From Eledone cirrhosa (taxonomy: Eukaryota), in contig OZ024743.1 of NCBI GenBank assembly GCA_964016885.1, forward strand, positions 344,658,001 through 344,722,000: a stretch of DNA of 64,000 nucleotides, written 5' to 3'. Positions 27,206-39,949 of the stretch are shown piece by piece (position 1 is the stretch's first letter; the number at the start of each line of letters is the position of its first letter). The translations under genes were made by a program, and so were the position numbers. The notes below the pieces were generated by a model, which made no database searches, was not told the DNA's origin, and saw only the letters and a program-made list of their open reading frames with translations.

Positions 27206-27583
27206 ATAATAATATAATACTGTAAATAAACACTTTTGTAAGGCCGACTATGTTATTCTTCATTCTTTTACTATTATTACTCCAAGAACAACCTGCCTAG
27301 GAACTTTCTTAAAACGGCCACCCGACTAATGAAGCCTCTTGTTGAGAACAACAACGCCGCACGTTAAAACTATCATCGACACAGAGTACTCACAACCTCT
27401 AGCTGGATTACCTTAAACGATACCTGTTATCCTATATATATATCCATTGGAAATTCTCTGAATTTCCAATCTTTTGATAAGCGAAACCGTCGGTCACACC
27501 ACTAGAACAGGTGAATATTTAAATCGTATTTTAATTTATTTAAAATATTGTTTTGTTTAATGTTGACTTGTTCCGCCCATTTT

Positions 27584-27639
<56 letters not shown>

Positions 27640-27642
<3 letters not shown>

Positions 27643-27749
27643 TATTTTTTATGAACATATTGTTTCATTCATCTAACAACTCGATCACTCATCGTCGAAG
27701 CAAAGGGTGACCATTCCTTCCTACTACATATACATTATATATATATATA

Positions 27750-27807
<58 letters not shown>

Positions 27808-28142
27808 TGGAGCTCTGAAATAGCAATATATATATGGATGTATATATAATGTATTTTGCAATACACTTTATGCTTAATTAAAAGCATTTTGAAGACCGTA
27901 ATCAGCTCCTGATTATTTACTAGATTTCTATAAGAATATAACATCAATGATCTCAGTAAACAGGTGGGGTAGTTGGCCTTGATAAGCTTCAACCAAAGCG
28001 AAACAAGTCTTGTCGGCTTATCTCCCCTGTTTGCTGAGATCAAAGTGAGTGAATTTGTCACTACTTTAAAACAATAGCTTACGGTCTTCAAAATGCTTTT
28101 AATTAAGCATAAAGTGTATTGCAAAATACATTATATATACAT

Positions 28143-28218
<76 letters not shown>

Positions 28219-28354
28219 TATAGTAGTATATTCCTACTACATATATATATATATATATATAATATATGTAGTAGGAAGGAATGGTCGCCCTTTCTTCGAC
28301 GATGAGTGATCGAGTTGTTAGATGAACGGAACAATATGTTCATAAAAAATAACA
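27640..28354. repeat. Nested inverted repeats: outer arms 27640-27732 and 28263-28354; inner arms 27831-27901 and 28079-28149
   Basis: Outer: TCATCTAACAACTCGATCACTCATCGTCGAAG / CTTCGACGATGAGTGATCGAGTTGTTAGATGA. Inner: GCAATACACTTTATGCTTAATTAAAAGCATTTTGAAGACCGTAA / TTACGGTCTTCAAAATGCTTTTAATTAAGCATAAAGTGTATTGC. Confidence 0.93.
27948..28042 (+). ncRNA. Type I hammerhead ribozyme with U3-A8 core variant
   Basis: Stem I GGCC/GGCT extends to TGATCTCAGTAAACAGG/CCTGTTTGCTGAGATCA. Core TTGATAA at 27979-27985; stem II GCTT/AAGC; GAAA at 28000-28003; stem III ACAAG/CTTGT; cleavage triplet GTC ends at 28014. Confidence 0.8.
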
Positions 28355-28612
28355 TGTAAGTGACTGAGCATAACACAAATATATGTGGCCTTTACTTAGT
28401 TCTTAGGAGGATTCAGCGAAACACAGAGTGTGACGAGACGAAGCCTTTTGATTTACAGGTGCAGCGCATTCGATTGGCTTCAAATCAGATTTTGTCTAGC
28501 CAAATTCACTCTCAAGGTATGTGTAGCTATGATAAATGATACTTGCCCAAGATGGCACGTTGTGGGATCGAATCGCGTCCCTAATGTTTGCGAAGTGAAC
28601 CTCTTAACCAAT
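28345..28612 (-). mobile_element. Second tRNA-derived SINE family, diverged
   Basis: Reverse B-box-like GGGATCGAATC and ACTTGCCCAAG, and GTGTGACGAG; related segments at 49790-50110 and 38190-38295. Confidence 0.55.
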
Positions 28613-29132
28613 ACCTGTAAATAAATAAACACGTGCCCAGACATTTGATAGGTGGACATGTGTCCTCACATCGTATCGTATCAGTTTAGGAAATAAACAG
28701 CACACTGGAAAATGCAGACTTATAAATACTAGAAAGGTTCGTCACAACTGGAACGCTTTGAGTACAGCACGCCTCGATCAGAAGAAAATATCCGACAAAG
28801 CAACAACGCAGCAACGACAACAATACCACTTCCACCGTCGCTACCCCAATACTGTAACCACTAATGCATCCTCATATGCCCCTCTCCCCCACCACCACCA
28901 CCACCACTACTACTATCATCTCCAATACAAACCCCTGCCACATCATCAAAATTATCATTACTGCCAGCAACATAACCACAACCACAACCACCATCATTAC
29001 CACTACCACCACCACCAACACCACCACCACCACCAACACCACTACTACTATCATCACCAACACATCATCAACCACCATCATTATCTGCATCATCATCAGT
29101 CCTAAAACACACACCATCATTATCATTATAAA

Positions 29133-29352
29133 AGGGCGGTGGATTGGCAGTATCGGTAGAGGGTCGGACGCCATGCTTTGCAGCAAGGAGTTACGGCACT
29201 TTATGATCTGAGTTCAAATCCAGCCGAAGTTAACTTTGCCTTTCATCCTTACGGGGTCGATAAAATAAAGTACCAGTCAAGCACTGGGGTCGATTTTCAT
29301 CGACTTTTCCCTCCCCCCAAATTACTGGCCTTGTGCCTATATAAGAAACCAT
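29133..29352 (+). mobile_element. tRNA-derived SINE, long variant retaining the GGGTCGATTTTCATCGAC segment
   Basis: Same head and core as the copy at 27018, plus ~30 extra bp before the tail. Confidence 0.92.
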
Positions 29353-29356
29353 TATA

Positions 29357-29543
29357 AAAGGCAAAGCTAACCTTGGCGGGATTTGAACTTTACGGCCTGA
29401 GTTTAAATCCCGCCAAGGTTAGCTTTGTCTTTCATCTATACGGGGTCGATAAAATAAAGTATCAGTCACTCACTGGGGTCGATTTAGTCAACTTTCCCCT
29501 TTCCTTCAAATTGCTGGCCTTGTGCTAAATGTAGAAACAATTA
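29357..29543 (+). mobile_element. 5'-truncated SINE with an inverted duplication at its 5' end
   Basis: AAAGGCAAAGCTAACCTTGGCGGGATTTGAACT (29357-29389) is the inverse of 29400-29432. Confidence 0.85.
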
Positions 29544-30182
29544 TCATCATAATCAATGCCACTACAACCACCACCGCCACCGCCACCATCACAATCTTAT
29601 ATAACCGCTGCATAATAATAAACTAAACCACTAACTTAAGCATACACACATACAAATACGCACAGATACACGCATACATACACACACGTACACACACATA
29701 CACACACGCATACTCACACACACACACACACATCACCTATAATGAGTGACAGCACTCTGTTAGATGAAAAATCTCGTACTTTTGTTGTTGACTTTATTTT
29801 TCTTTAATTACATAGAATAAGAAAGAATTCCTTCAATATCTTTTTCCATAATATTCTTAGCACAGCATATTTCTTCATTCCCTCTAGAAACTTTCCAAGC
29901 TTTACCTTTCTTAATATTGTCTTGTATACGTCGGTGGAAGGGAGCCTTAGCCTTTTCGTACATTTGTAATGTTTAGAGGTACTCTTTCTATATTTTTATT
30001 GTTTCTTTGGTTCTTATTTGCACATTTTGCGTATTATTTTGCCTTCTGTGCATTGTTTTGCTTTGTATTTTTTATGCATTTTGGTGTATTTTTGTGTGGG
30101 TGGAGCAGAAGAGATTTTTTGAGGTGAATTTATAGTAATTTTCGTTCCCAGCTTTCTTGTCGAATTCTTAGTGTACGTGCAA

Positions 30183-30238
<56 letters not shown>

Positions 30239-30655
30239 CCTCTCTCTCCCACTCTACCTCTCTCTCTACCACTCTCTCTGTTTTTGTGTGTGCGTGTACG
30301 TATCTCACACGATAGGTTATATGTTTAGTTTTGGTTCATAAGTGATTAAATATTACATACCTATATATATATATATATGTGTGTTTTTATGTATGTATGT
30401 ATGTATGTATGTATGTATGTATGTATGTATGTATTTATGTATGCATGTATGTATTATGTATGTATGCATGTATGTAAGTGTGTGTGTATATATATATATA
30501 TTTATATTAATATATATATTGTACACGCACAAACACATAGTACATATGTGTGTATGGCCATATGAAATTACTGGTATTATAATATATTGCCTATATATAT
30601 GAACATTCATATGCGTATTTCATATATATATATATATGAAATGCGCATATGAGTG

Positions 30656-30735
<80 letters not shown>

Positions 30736-31531
30736 GGTGCGTATGTATGTAAGTATATGTGTATGTGTGTCGGTATTTTGTATATCTATATAAGTCCTCT
30801 TCCATTCTTATTGTAGTAATTGCACTTAATGGTGTTGTTGCCCTCTTTTATTCGTCGATACACGCTCCAAAGATACACACACAATCACACAAACGCATAC
30901 ACACACATTCTTATTAATATATAGGCCAGCAGGTGTCTTACAACCCATACATCTCGCAATGCCTTCCCCTACACCAAATCATTTCCTCGTGCACCCTCGT
31001 CTTCCTATCGCTTTTGTTTCGATTTGTTTCTTTCCTGGTTCCTTAACTCCCTCTTATCTCCCTCCATCGTTCACATTTACCATTATCTCGAGTCTCACCT
31101 TAACATCTCACCACAACGCTCTTCCCACCCTAGTAACCCTCTCGGCCACAACAAAGCCCCCCCCCCCCCCACCCCCTCCCGCACGAAAGGCTGTCAAGTA
31201 CGCCATACCACTCCCACACTTACACACCTCAAGTTATTCACTGTTCGGTCAAACACCATCGTCACACTACGTGCCAAAACCCAAGGCGCCTGACGGTAAA
31301 AACCACTCCCTCCCTCCTTGACTCCTGTTCATTCTCCCACTCACTCTCCCCCTCTCACTATATTATCAACAAAAGACCTGTCAGTCATTAGTATATAATA
31401 TATAAAAGCACTCAAATATTCCTTACACCATTTTTTTCGCTTCTCCTCCTTTTATATTATTATTAAGGAAATGCTATTTCTGGCTAAATGGAACGGAACC
31501 TTGAAGATGATAAAGAATAAGTATGGTGTCA

Positions 31532-31657
<126 letters not shown>

Positions 31658-31791
31658 GCATATATATCATGTATGCTTATATGTTCTATGTGTATAAGTA
31701 TTTATATATCTCACACACACATATATATGTATGTATATATGTATATGCGTGTATTTGTGTGGGTATGTATTTATACTTGTATGTATAATTA

Positions 31792-31876
<85 letters not shown>

Positions 31877-31879
<3 letters not shown>

Positions 31880-32340
31880 AACGTTGGTCTTCCTCTTCTA
31901 GTGTGTCCATGTAGGGGCTCCCAAAGGAGCACTGAGTGCAATGTCAACTCTGGATGTCGGTGAGCATGTCCAGCCAACCTCAGTCTCCTCTGTGTCACTT
32001 TTGAGCTGACTTTTGGGATGCTCCCATACAGCTCTGAGTTTTTCATCCTCAGTGTATACTGATTAATGTTCAGAGCCATCCTCAGCATTCTCGTGTAGCA
32101 CCCATCCACCATCTGAGTGAGTTTCTTGGTCAGTGTCCAAGTCTCAGACCCATACAGCAGCACAGACTCCACTACAGCAATGAAGAGGCGGATTTTCAGG
32201 TTAACATATGTTGATGCCCTAAGGACAGACACTGGTCTGTTGGAGATGCAGGATATGGCAGCGATAATGAGGGACAGAGACCGCTGGAGAGAACTCGTCC
32301 ATGGATCTCGGGAATTTTACCCGCCTTAGATAGATAGATA
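31877..32340 (+). mobile_element. 5'-truncated, 5'-inverted RTE-group LINE 3' end (copy 2) with (TAGA)n tail, in (TA)n
   Basis: Minus strand 31877-32199: LKIRLFIAVVESVLLYGSETWTLTKK...[11 protein letters not shown]...RRGRPTLTY. Plus strand from 32200: LTYVDALRTDTGLLEMQDMAAIMRDRDRWRELVHGSREFYPP*. Confidence 0.92.
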
Positions 32341-32348
32341 TATATATA

Positions 32349-32530
32349 TAGGAAAAGAGTCAGGACTCCGACGGCTGAGCTCCGACCGTTTCGGATCTAG
32401 CTGTCGAAACCGCCGGAGCTCAGCCGTCGGGGTCATGACTCTTTTACTATTACCCACTCTACTACCCAAAGTATTGTGTACTCTGGTGCGTTATAGTCCA
32501 CCTGGTATCTTACCACACCCTTCTTGTTAT
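32349..32530. mobile_element. Fold-back remnant (palindrome 32349-32450 plus single-copy tail), probably Penelope pLTR-derived
   Basis: AAAAGAGTCA.GAC.CCGACGGCTGAGCTCCG pairs with CGGAGCTCAGCCGTCGGGGTCATGACTCTTTT; each arm carries CGAAAC. Confidence 0.65.
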
Positions 32531-32549
32531 ATATATATATATATATATA

Positions 32550-33028
<479 letters not shown>

Positions 33029-33609
33029 ATATGTATATACAAAGTCCTGGTAATATCACCCGTGTTAAATATAATTACTGGTCAAATTATTCACTTTAAA
33101 ATTTACATCTTTTATTGTAAGATATAAAATCCTACACATCCCATCCATGACCATTCTGTTTATTTAATCGTATTTGTATGTAATTAATAATGATGTCATA
33201 GGGGCGCTGTAGGGACATACACCAGATCTTGGTCATTTTTAGCCAGGTCTGAACATGGGTGGTTTCTTCCAGAAAAAGAAAGGATGAAAGCCAAAGCTGT
33301 CCTCGGAGGATTTTGAACTAAAAACGACGAGAGCCGGAATGAATATCGTAAAATATTCTATCTAACTCTGCTGATTCAGCGGCATTTAAGAGTATTTAGG
33401 ATTACCGCCATCTAAAGTGCTTTATAACTTTTATAGACGTTAGGATACTGCAATTCCCAGGAGGTTTAATAATCACGTGGAAGTTTCTTCATTTGATCAT
33501 CGATAAATTAGTATTTTGACTTTATCTTATTTCTCGTCTTGTTAATTAATTTTTTACTATAGTTTCAATATAAGGTATGAATAAAGAATATGTTGGGATT
33601 TCATTATCT

Positions 33610-33697
33610 TGCCTTTCATCCTTACGGGGTCGATAAAATAAAGTACCAGTAATGCACTGGGTAATTGCTGGCCTTGTGTCTAAAGTAGAAACAATTA
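33610..33697 (+). mobile_element. SINE 3' half
   Basis: TGCCTTTCATCCTTACGGGGTCGATAAAATAAAGTACCAG...GTAGAAACAATT. Confidence 0.88.
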
Positions 33698-33993
33698 TCT
33701 TGAAGTAAAGTCACAAATGATGAAAAAAAATCATATATATATATACGTCATAATCACATGATTGGTGACGTATACATTTAATGATCAAATCTCAAACTTC
33801 AAATTCCGGTGATGAAGTTAACGCAAATGCTGGCGATGACGTTTACACAAATTATATTTTTCTACAATAAAAGACATCCTAGTGTTAACGGGGTGAAAGG
33901 CAATATTTTGATCAATCGATCTGCATATCCTCCCCTCGCCTCTCTCTCTCGCTTTTTATCCCTCCCCCTCTCTTTCTCTCTCTCTCTCTATCT

Positions 33994-34037
<44 letters not shown>

Positions 34038-34042
<5 letters not shown>

Positions 34043-34215
34043 TTTCTACTTTAGGCACAAGGCCAGCAATTACCCAGTGCATTAATGGAACTTTATTTTA
34101 TCGACCCCGTAAGGATGAAAGGCAAAGTCAACCTCGGCGGGATTTGAACTCAGATCGTAAAGGGGCGTAACTATGCTGGAAAGCATGGCGTCCGACCCTC
34201 TACCCATACTGCCAA
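34038..34215 (-). mobile_element. tRNA-derived SINE (main family)
   Basis: Near-complete reverse complement of the copy at 27018. Confidence 0.92.
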
Positions 34216-34656
34216 TATAAATAATAGTTTAGAAAATCGGGCAAAATTCTCCTATGGGCAGAAAAAAGTGACCAGCGGCCGATAGGAAGAATCAGACTTC
34301 GTATTCCTCAGATTTCAGCTAAGTGCTATAACTATTGAGCTAAGGACGCCTTGACAATAATTTTTTCTTACTTAGATAACTTAATCGAACAGCCTTGTAA
34401 ACAATCTGGCAAGAAGGTATACGTTGCTAACGATAGCTAATAAGCCTGAAACTAGTACAGCGTTCCTTTGTCAGTGTTGAACAAACGAGCAACGATGGTT
34501 GCTGGACACTACGGCTTAATACGGGATGTTTGTTTACAAACACACCAAGCATTATAATAAATGTTCGGTGAATCCATACGTACATATATATATATGTGTA
34601 TATATATATACATACTACTGTACGTCTGTATACATATATGTATGTACGTGTACATA

Positions 34657-34728
<72 letters not shown>

Positions 34729-34770
34729 CTACTGTACGTCTGTATACATATATGTATGTACGTGTACATA

Positions 34771-34822
<52 letters not shown>

Positions 34823-34823
<1 letters not shown>

Positions 34824-35231
34824 GAGGGTAATCCCAAAAGTAAAGTCTCCAAAGCGATGGGGACGCAGAGAAACTGTTGGTACGGCTGTTGGCAACACTG
34901 GAGTGATTGGTGCTTCCTTCACTCCCAAACAAGCATGCGCGCCCTTCGCTGGGATGCTCAATCTTGGCTTGGCAGCCGTTGAGAATGGAACCCCCGTTGA
35001 ACGCTACCGCCAAGTTCGAATTTCGCGCAGTTATTATATACGAGGGCAATCCCAAAAGTAAGGTCTTCTTCCGAGGAAAACATGCGTAAAGATCAGCGGA
35101 TCACTCTGGATGCTCTCTGCATTTTGGTTCTTGAGGTTTCCCGAAGCTCCATCCACAGGATTTTAATGGAAAAGTTGCAATATCGGAAGTTACAATATCG
35201 GAATGAGACCTTACTTTTGGGATTGCCCTCG
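34823..35231 (+). mobile_element. Mariner deletion derivatives: left half 34823-35036 and mini-element 35041-35231
   Basis: TIRs TA-CGAGGGCAATCCCAAAAGTAAGGTCT and AGACCTTACTTTTGGGATTGCCCTCG-TA. Transposase-like peptides [17 protein letters not shown] and DQRITLDALC..VSRSSIHRILMEKLQYRK. Confidence 0.85.
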
Positions 35232-35638
35232 TATATATATATATATATTGGAAAATGTGTGAGATCCTTGGTACACTTAGGTATATTTGAAAAAAAAATA
35301 AAGAATGAATTCACCTGTAGTGTTAAACAATTTTTGATTTAATCTTATGACATTATAATTATGACAATATTATGAGTTGGTAGATCCGAATCATAATATA
35401 ATATTATAAAATTAAATCAAAAATTCTTTAACACTACAAGTGAAGTCATTCTTTTCCTTTTTTTCAAATATATATATATATATATATATGCACATATATG
35501 TTTACACACACACACAAAACAGGAAAAGAATGACTTATATATATATATATATGCACATATATGTTTACACACACACACACCCACACGCACACACCCACAC
35601 ACGCACACATCCACCCACGCGCGCACACACACACACAT

Positions 35639-35672
<34 letters not shown>

Positions 35673-35984
35673 GAATATATATTTACACATACATACATAC
35701 ACACACAATACAGCTTGTTAATTTATTTGGCTCTAATTTTACACCGTATCTCTCCTGCATCCTTACCAATATTCATGCTGCCGGACAAAGGTGGTTTCAG
35801 TCGGTTAGTAATAGAAACCTTTGGTTGACTTCAAAGGAAGCAGGGGAATGGTCAATATTTTTCGGACCACATTGGATACTGCATGTCTAGTTACAAATGA
35901 CGTCTCTTACATCCTTGCATATATGTATGTATGAATGTTCTTCTGGCTTTATAATTTCACAAAGTTTTACCAATAGAGAGAGAG

Positions 35985-36082
35985 TTGGTTTCTAACATAG
36001 ACACAATACTCTCTCATTGGAATTTACACAACATCAACTAGGTAGATAAGTATGTATGCATGCATGTGTAGATATGGATGTC
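35985..36082 (+). repeat. Dispersed repeat with an inverted copy at ~38635-38730
   Basis: GGTTTCTAACATAGACACAA...CAACATCAACTAGGTAGATAAGTATGTATGCATGCATGTGTAGATATGGATG and its reverse complement 2.6 kb downstream. Confidence 0.88.
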
Positions 36083-36964
36083 ATTGTATGTGTGGATGTG
36101 TATGTTTTGAGTTGTATGTGTGCATGTGTATATGCTTTGTATCTGTACATGTGTATATGCAGTTATTAGATGCAAACTTTTTGGAATGCTCTTAAGAGTC
36201 AATGGCCATCCAAAACCACAGGGAGAGATGACCCCTTAGCCTTTGTCAAGGCAGAGTTCTAGGAGAAGGAAAACTCTGATATTACACCTGCAACCCTGAT
36301 GATATCCAATAATGTTGACTTGTTCTTCTTTTTGGTAAATATCATCTTGGTTAAGAGAGTGGGACTGGCTCTGTGCAGTGCCTTTGCTCACTATAAAAGC
36401 CTCACGGCACAGGCATTTCTTTATATCTGGAGATCTCTCTGCACTTGTCGTCACATGGTACCATGGGCCCAGCACTATGTGTCAATAATTGTCACAAGTG
36501 TAGTATTTGTACCAGAGTTTTCAAGTCGCTGGCTGGACTAAAAAGTCACACTCGTTCAGCGCATCGGTAGGGGTTCTCCTACATGGATATAAAGTAGTGG
36601 CCGTACTCGAAAACGAGTTGGCAGCCACCATGTATGTATGTATGTATGTATGTGTGTATGTATGTTTTGTATGTATGGATGTTTTGTATGTATTTATGTA
36701 TGTATGCATGTATGTATGTATGTATGCATGCATGTATGTATGAATGTATGTATGTATGCATGAATGTATTATGTATGTATATATGTATGAATGTATATAT
36801 GCATGTATGCACATATGCATATGTGCATGTATGTATGTATATGTATGTATCTACGTATGTATATATGTATATGTTCGTGTGCATATCTACATTTGTATGT
36901 ACGCATATATTATGTGTGTGTATATATGTATGCATATATTACATTTATAAGTGTAATTATGTGT

Positions 36965-37008
<44 letters not shown>

Positions 37009-37128
37009 TGAGAGAGAGAGTGAAAGAGAGACGTAAATGCCGGTAAATATACAAATGTGTTTGTCTATGTGTATATTTGCATACACACGTTCATATATTC
37101 ATATATCTATCTGTGTATATATATACAT

Positions 37129-37217
<89 letters not shown>

Positions 37218-37270
37218 TATCAACTATATATATATATATATACATATATATGTATATATATATTTAGATT

Positions 37271-37331
<61 letters not shown>

Positions 37332-38306
37332 CGCATATATGCATATATATATTTATATATATATGTACATTACACACACACACATATATATATCTGTATG
37401 TAAGGTTTATATATATAAACCTTACATACAGATAAATATATGCATATATGTACGAATATATACATGAATTTGTGTGTGTCTTTGAGTGCGTTTGTATATA
37501 CTTGTGTGTGTAGATGAAGTTATTTGATGTCAGAGTATCATACGAATCTATAGAGTAGGAGAAAAACAGAAAAATTCCTTTTGTTTTAGCTTTGTTTCTG
37601 CTTAATGTGTCTTTTTAAAAAATATATCTTATGTTTTGTGTTTTGGCTGCTGGCTTTAACAAAACACAAGAGAAGAAACGATATATACGCATGTGTGCAT
37701 GTATACATGCATCCATCTATCTGCATCATTATCTGTCTTTTTTTCTCGTGTATATGTATAGGCATGCACAAGTGTGCGAGCATATGGTTGTATGCTTGTG
37801 TGCACGCTTTTCTAAGTATTTGTGAGTGTTGATGTGAATCTTTGTGTCTGTAGAGCTTTATAGAAAATAGAAAATGTTGAATAACGAATGGGTAAAAGAG
37901 AACTTAATTATCGCAAAACTTCTGTAATACTTACACGCAGACACTCACACACAGATATACACAAACACACATACATACACATACATACATATACATACAT
38001 ACACACATACATATATATCCACACACGCAAACAAACCCCACAGTGATAAACATACATATATGTTTATGTGACTCTGTGTGTATGCAGTTGTGCATATATG
38101 TATATATATATTCATCCATATATATATACACAGAAGGAACGATCGACTTTCGTCAAATCGGACCGAGGAAACAATGTTTCCATTGGTCTTTCCAATTGCT
38201 AATACTATCTATCGGTCGCAACTCCAGGTAGAAGGAGCAACATGAAATAAAGTGTCTTGCTCAAGGACATAACGCATCGCTTGGTCTGGGAATACGCATA
38301 AGTATG

Positions 38307-38424
<118 letters not shown>

Positions 38425-38738
38425 TATAATGTATGTATGTATTTGTATACATTTGTATACAATTGGATACATATATATATATTTATGAATGTATCTATCT
38501 ATCTATCTAGCTAGCTAGCTATCTTTCTTTCTCCCCCTCTCGCTCTCTCTCTCCCCACCCTCTCTCTCTTCCTCTATCTCTCTCTATATATATATTTAAG
38601 CGTATATATACATCCACATCCACACATACAATAACATCCATATCTACACATGCATGCATACATACTTATCTACCTAGTTGATGTTGTGTAAATTCCAATG
38701 AGGGAGTCTTGTGTCTATGTTAGAAACCTGTCTCTCTC

Positions 38739-38777
<39 letters not shown>

Positions 38778-39949
38778 CAGTAAGACAGCGAAGCAAAATG
38801 CATCCGTAATTATTTTAATGTACAGTTGACCACCACTTGTATAGTTCTAAATCTAATTCTGTGCAGTAAGATTACATTTTGTGTGAAATATTATGTGTTT
38901 ACGTAGTAAATGATAGTTAAAAGACTACCTATTACAAATGCTTCTCAAACTTAGAGAATATCAAACATAAGGTCATAGCACTTGTCTCAAAGATTTGGGC
39001 AATTCTAAAATTTTTTTAAAAATCTGAAATGTATACTTAAAATTTTCTACAGAAATAATATGCTGCTACAAAAGGAACTTCAAATATCACTGGTGACAAC
39101 TCGCTATATTATACTAAAAGAAGAGAAATAAATAAAGAAATTTATAGAACTATATTTTTGTAAATAAGACAATAGAACCGTGTGGAAATGGAAGCACCAA
39201 TTGAAACATAAGTTTTAAATCTCCGAAGCCGTTTATGAAAGTATTGAAGAAGACAAGAAAACACACTTCGATCTTCCGACGTGGAAGAGGCTCCTATCAG
39301 AAGAAACCGTCACCGAATCATCATTTTTCTTACCTGTTGTACAAACCTGGCTGGACACAGAACACTGCACAAACATTCTAATAGTTCTATAGAGTTATGA
39401 AATAATACATATGCATAAGCCATAGATGACGAACATCATTAAGTAATGTCAGTTTCATGAGGAGATAAAACGCCTCCATCCTTATGAAGGAAAAAAAAAA
39501 AAAATGAGTATGAATCCTGGAAAACTGTAAGTCCGGTATTGAAAAAAAAAAAAAAAAAATCACAAGGGATTGACACTCCAAATTCACTAATCTCCTTTTA
39601 CTTTGCTCCACTTTTCAAATTAAATGACACGACGGTTCAGTTATATTCAAATATTGTAAGCGCGTCCATCGAGAATATTGTTACGTTGTTTGCGAATGTG
39701 TAAAACAAATCTTTATATCCCAGGCAGAAATGTTGACTTTTATTTCTAGATACTTTTTTTTATATAATTGTCTGCTGGTGGATTTTGTATTTCGCTCTAT
39801 ATCTTCACCATTAACAAGAGGAAGGCAACGACGACAACAGTGTCATTAACAACAACAACTCTACCATTAACAAGAGGAAGCCAACCCCAGCATCAGTGAC
39901 TCATCACCAGCCACTAGGTCCTATGACAAACTGCTCATTTGCTCGCATG

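Larger units (their letters stand above)
26816..27585. mobile_element. Penelope-type pLTR remnant with inverted 5' segment, interrupted by a SINE
   Basis: 26816-26873 is the reverse complement of 27216-27273. A hammerhead-like fold lies on the minus strand at 26866-26980, and the element is flanked by TA tracts. Confidence 0.6.

Noticed and set aside
27455-27500. TTGATAAGCGAAACCGTCGGTC hammerhead-like motif
   Set aside because: No stem II and no stem I pairing; at most a relic.
38780-39760. Possible piggyBac remnant (Cys-rich YCKRVHREYCYVVCEC near 39650-39700)
   Set aside because: No TTAA-bounded TIRs or catalytic motifs could be confirmed.
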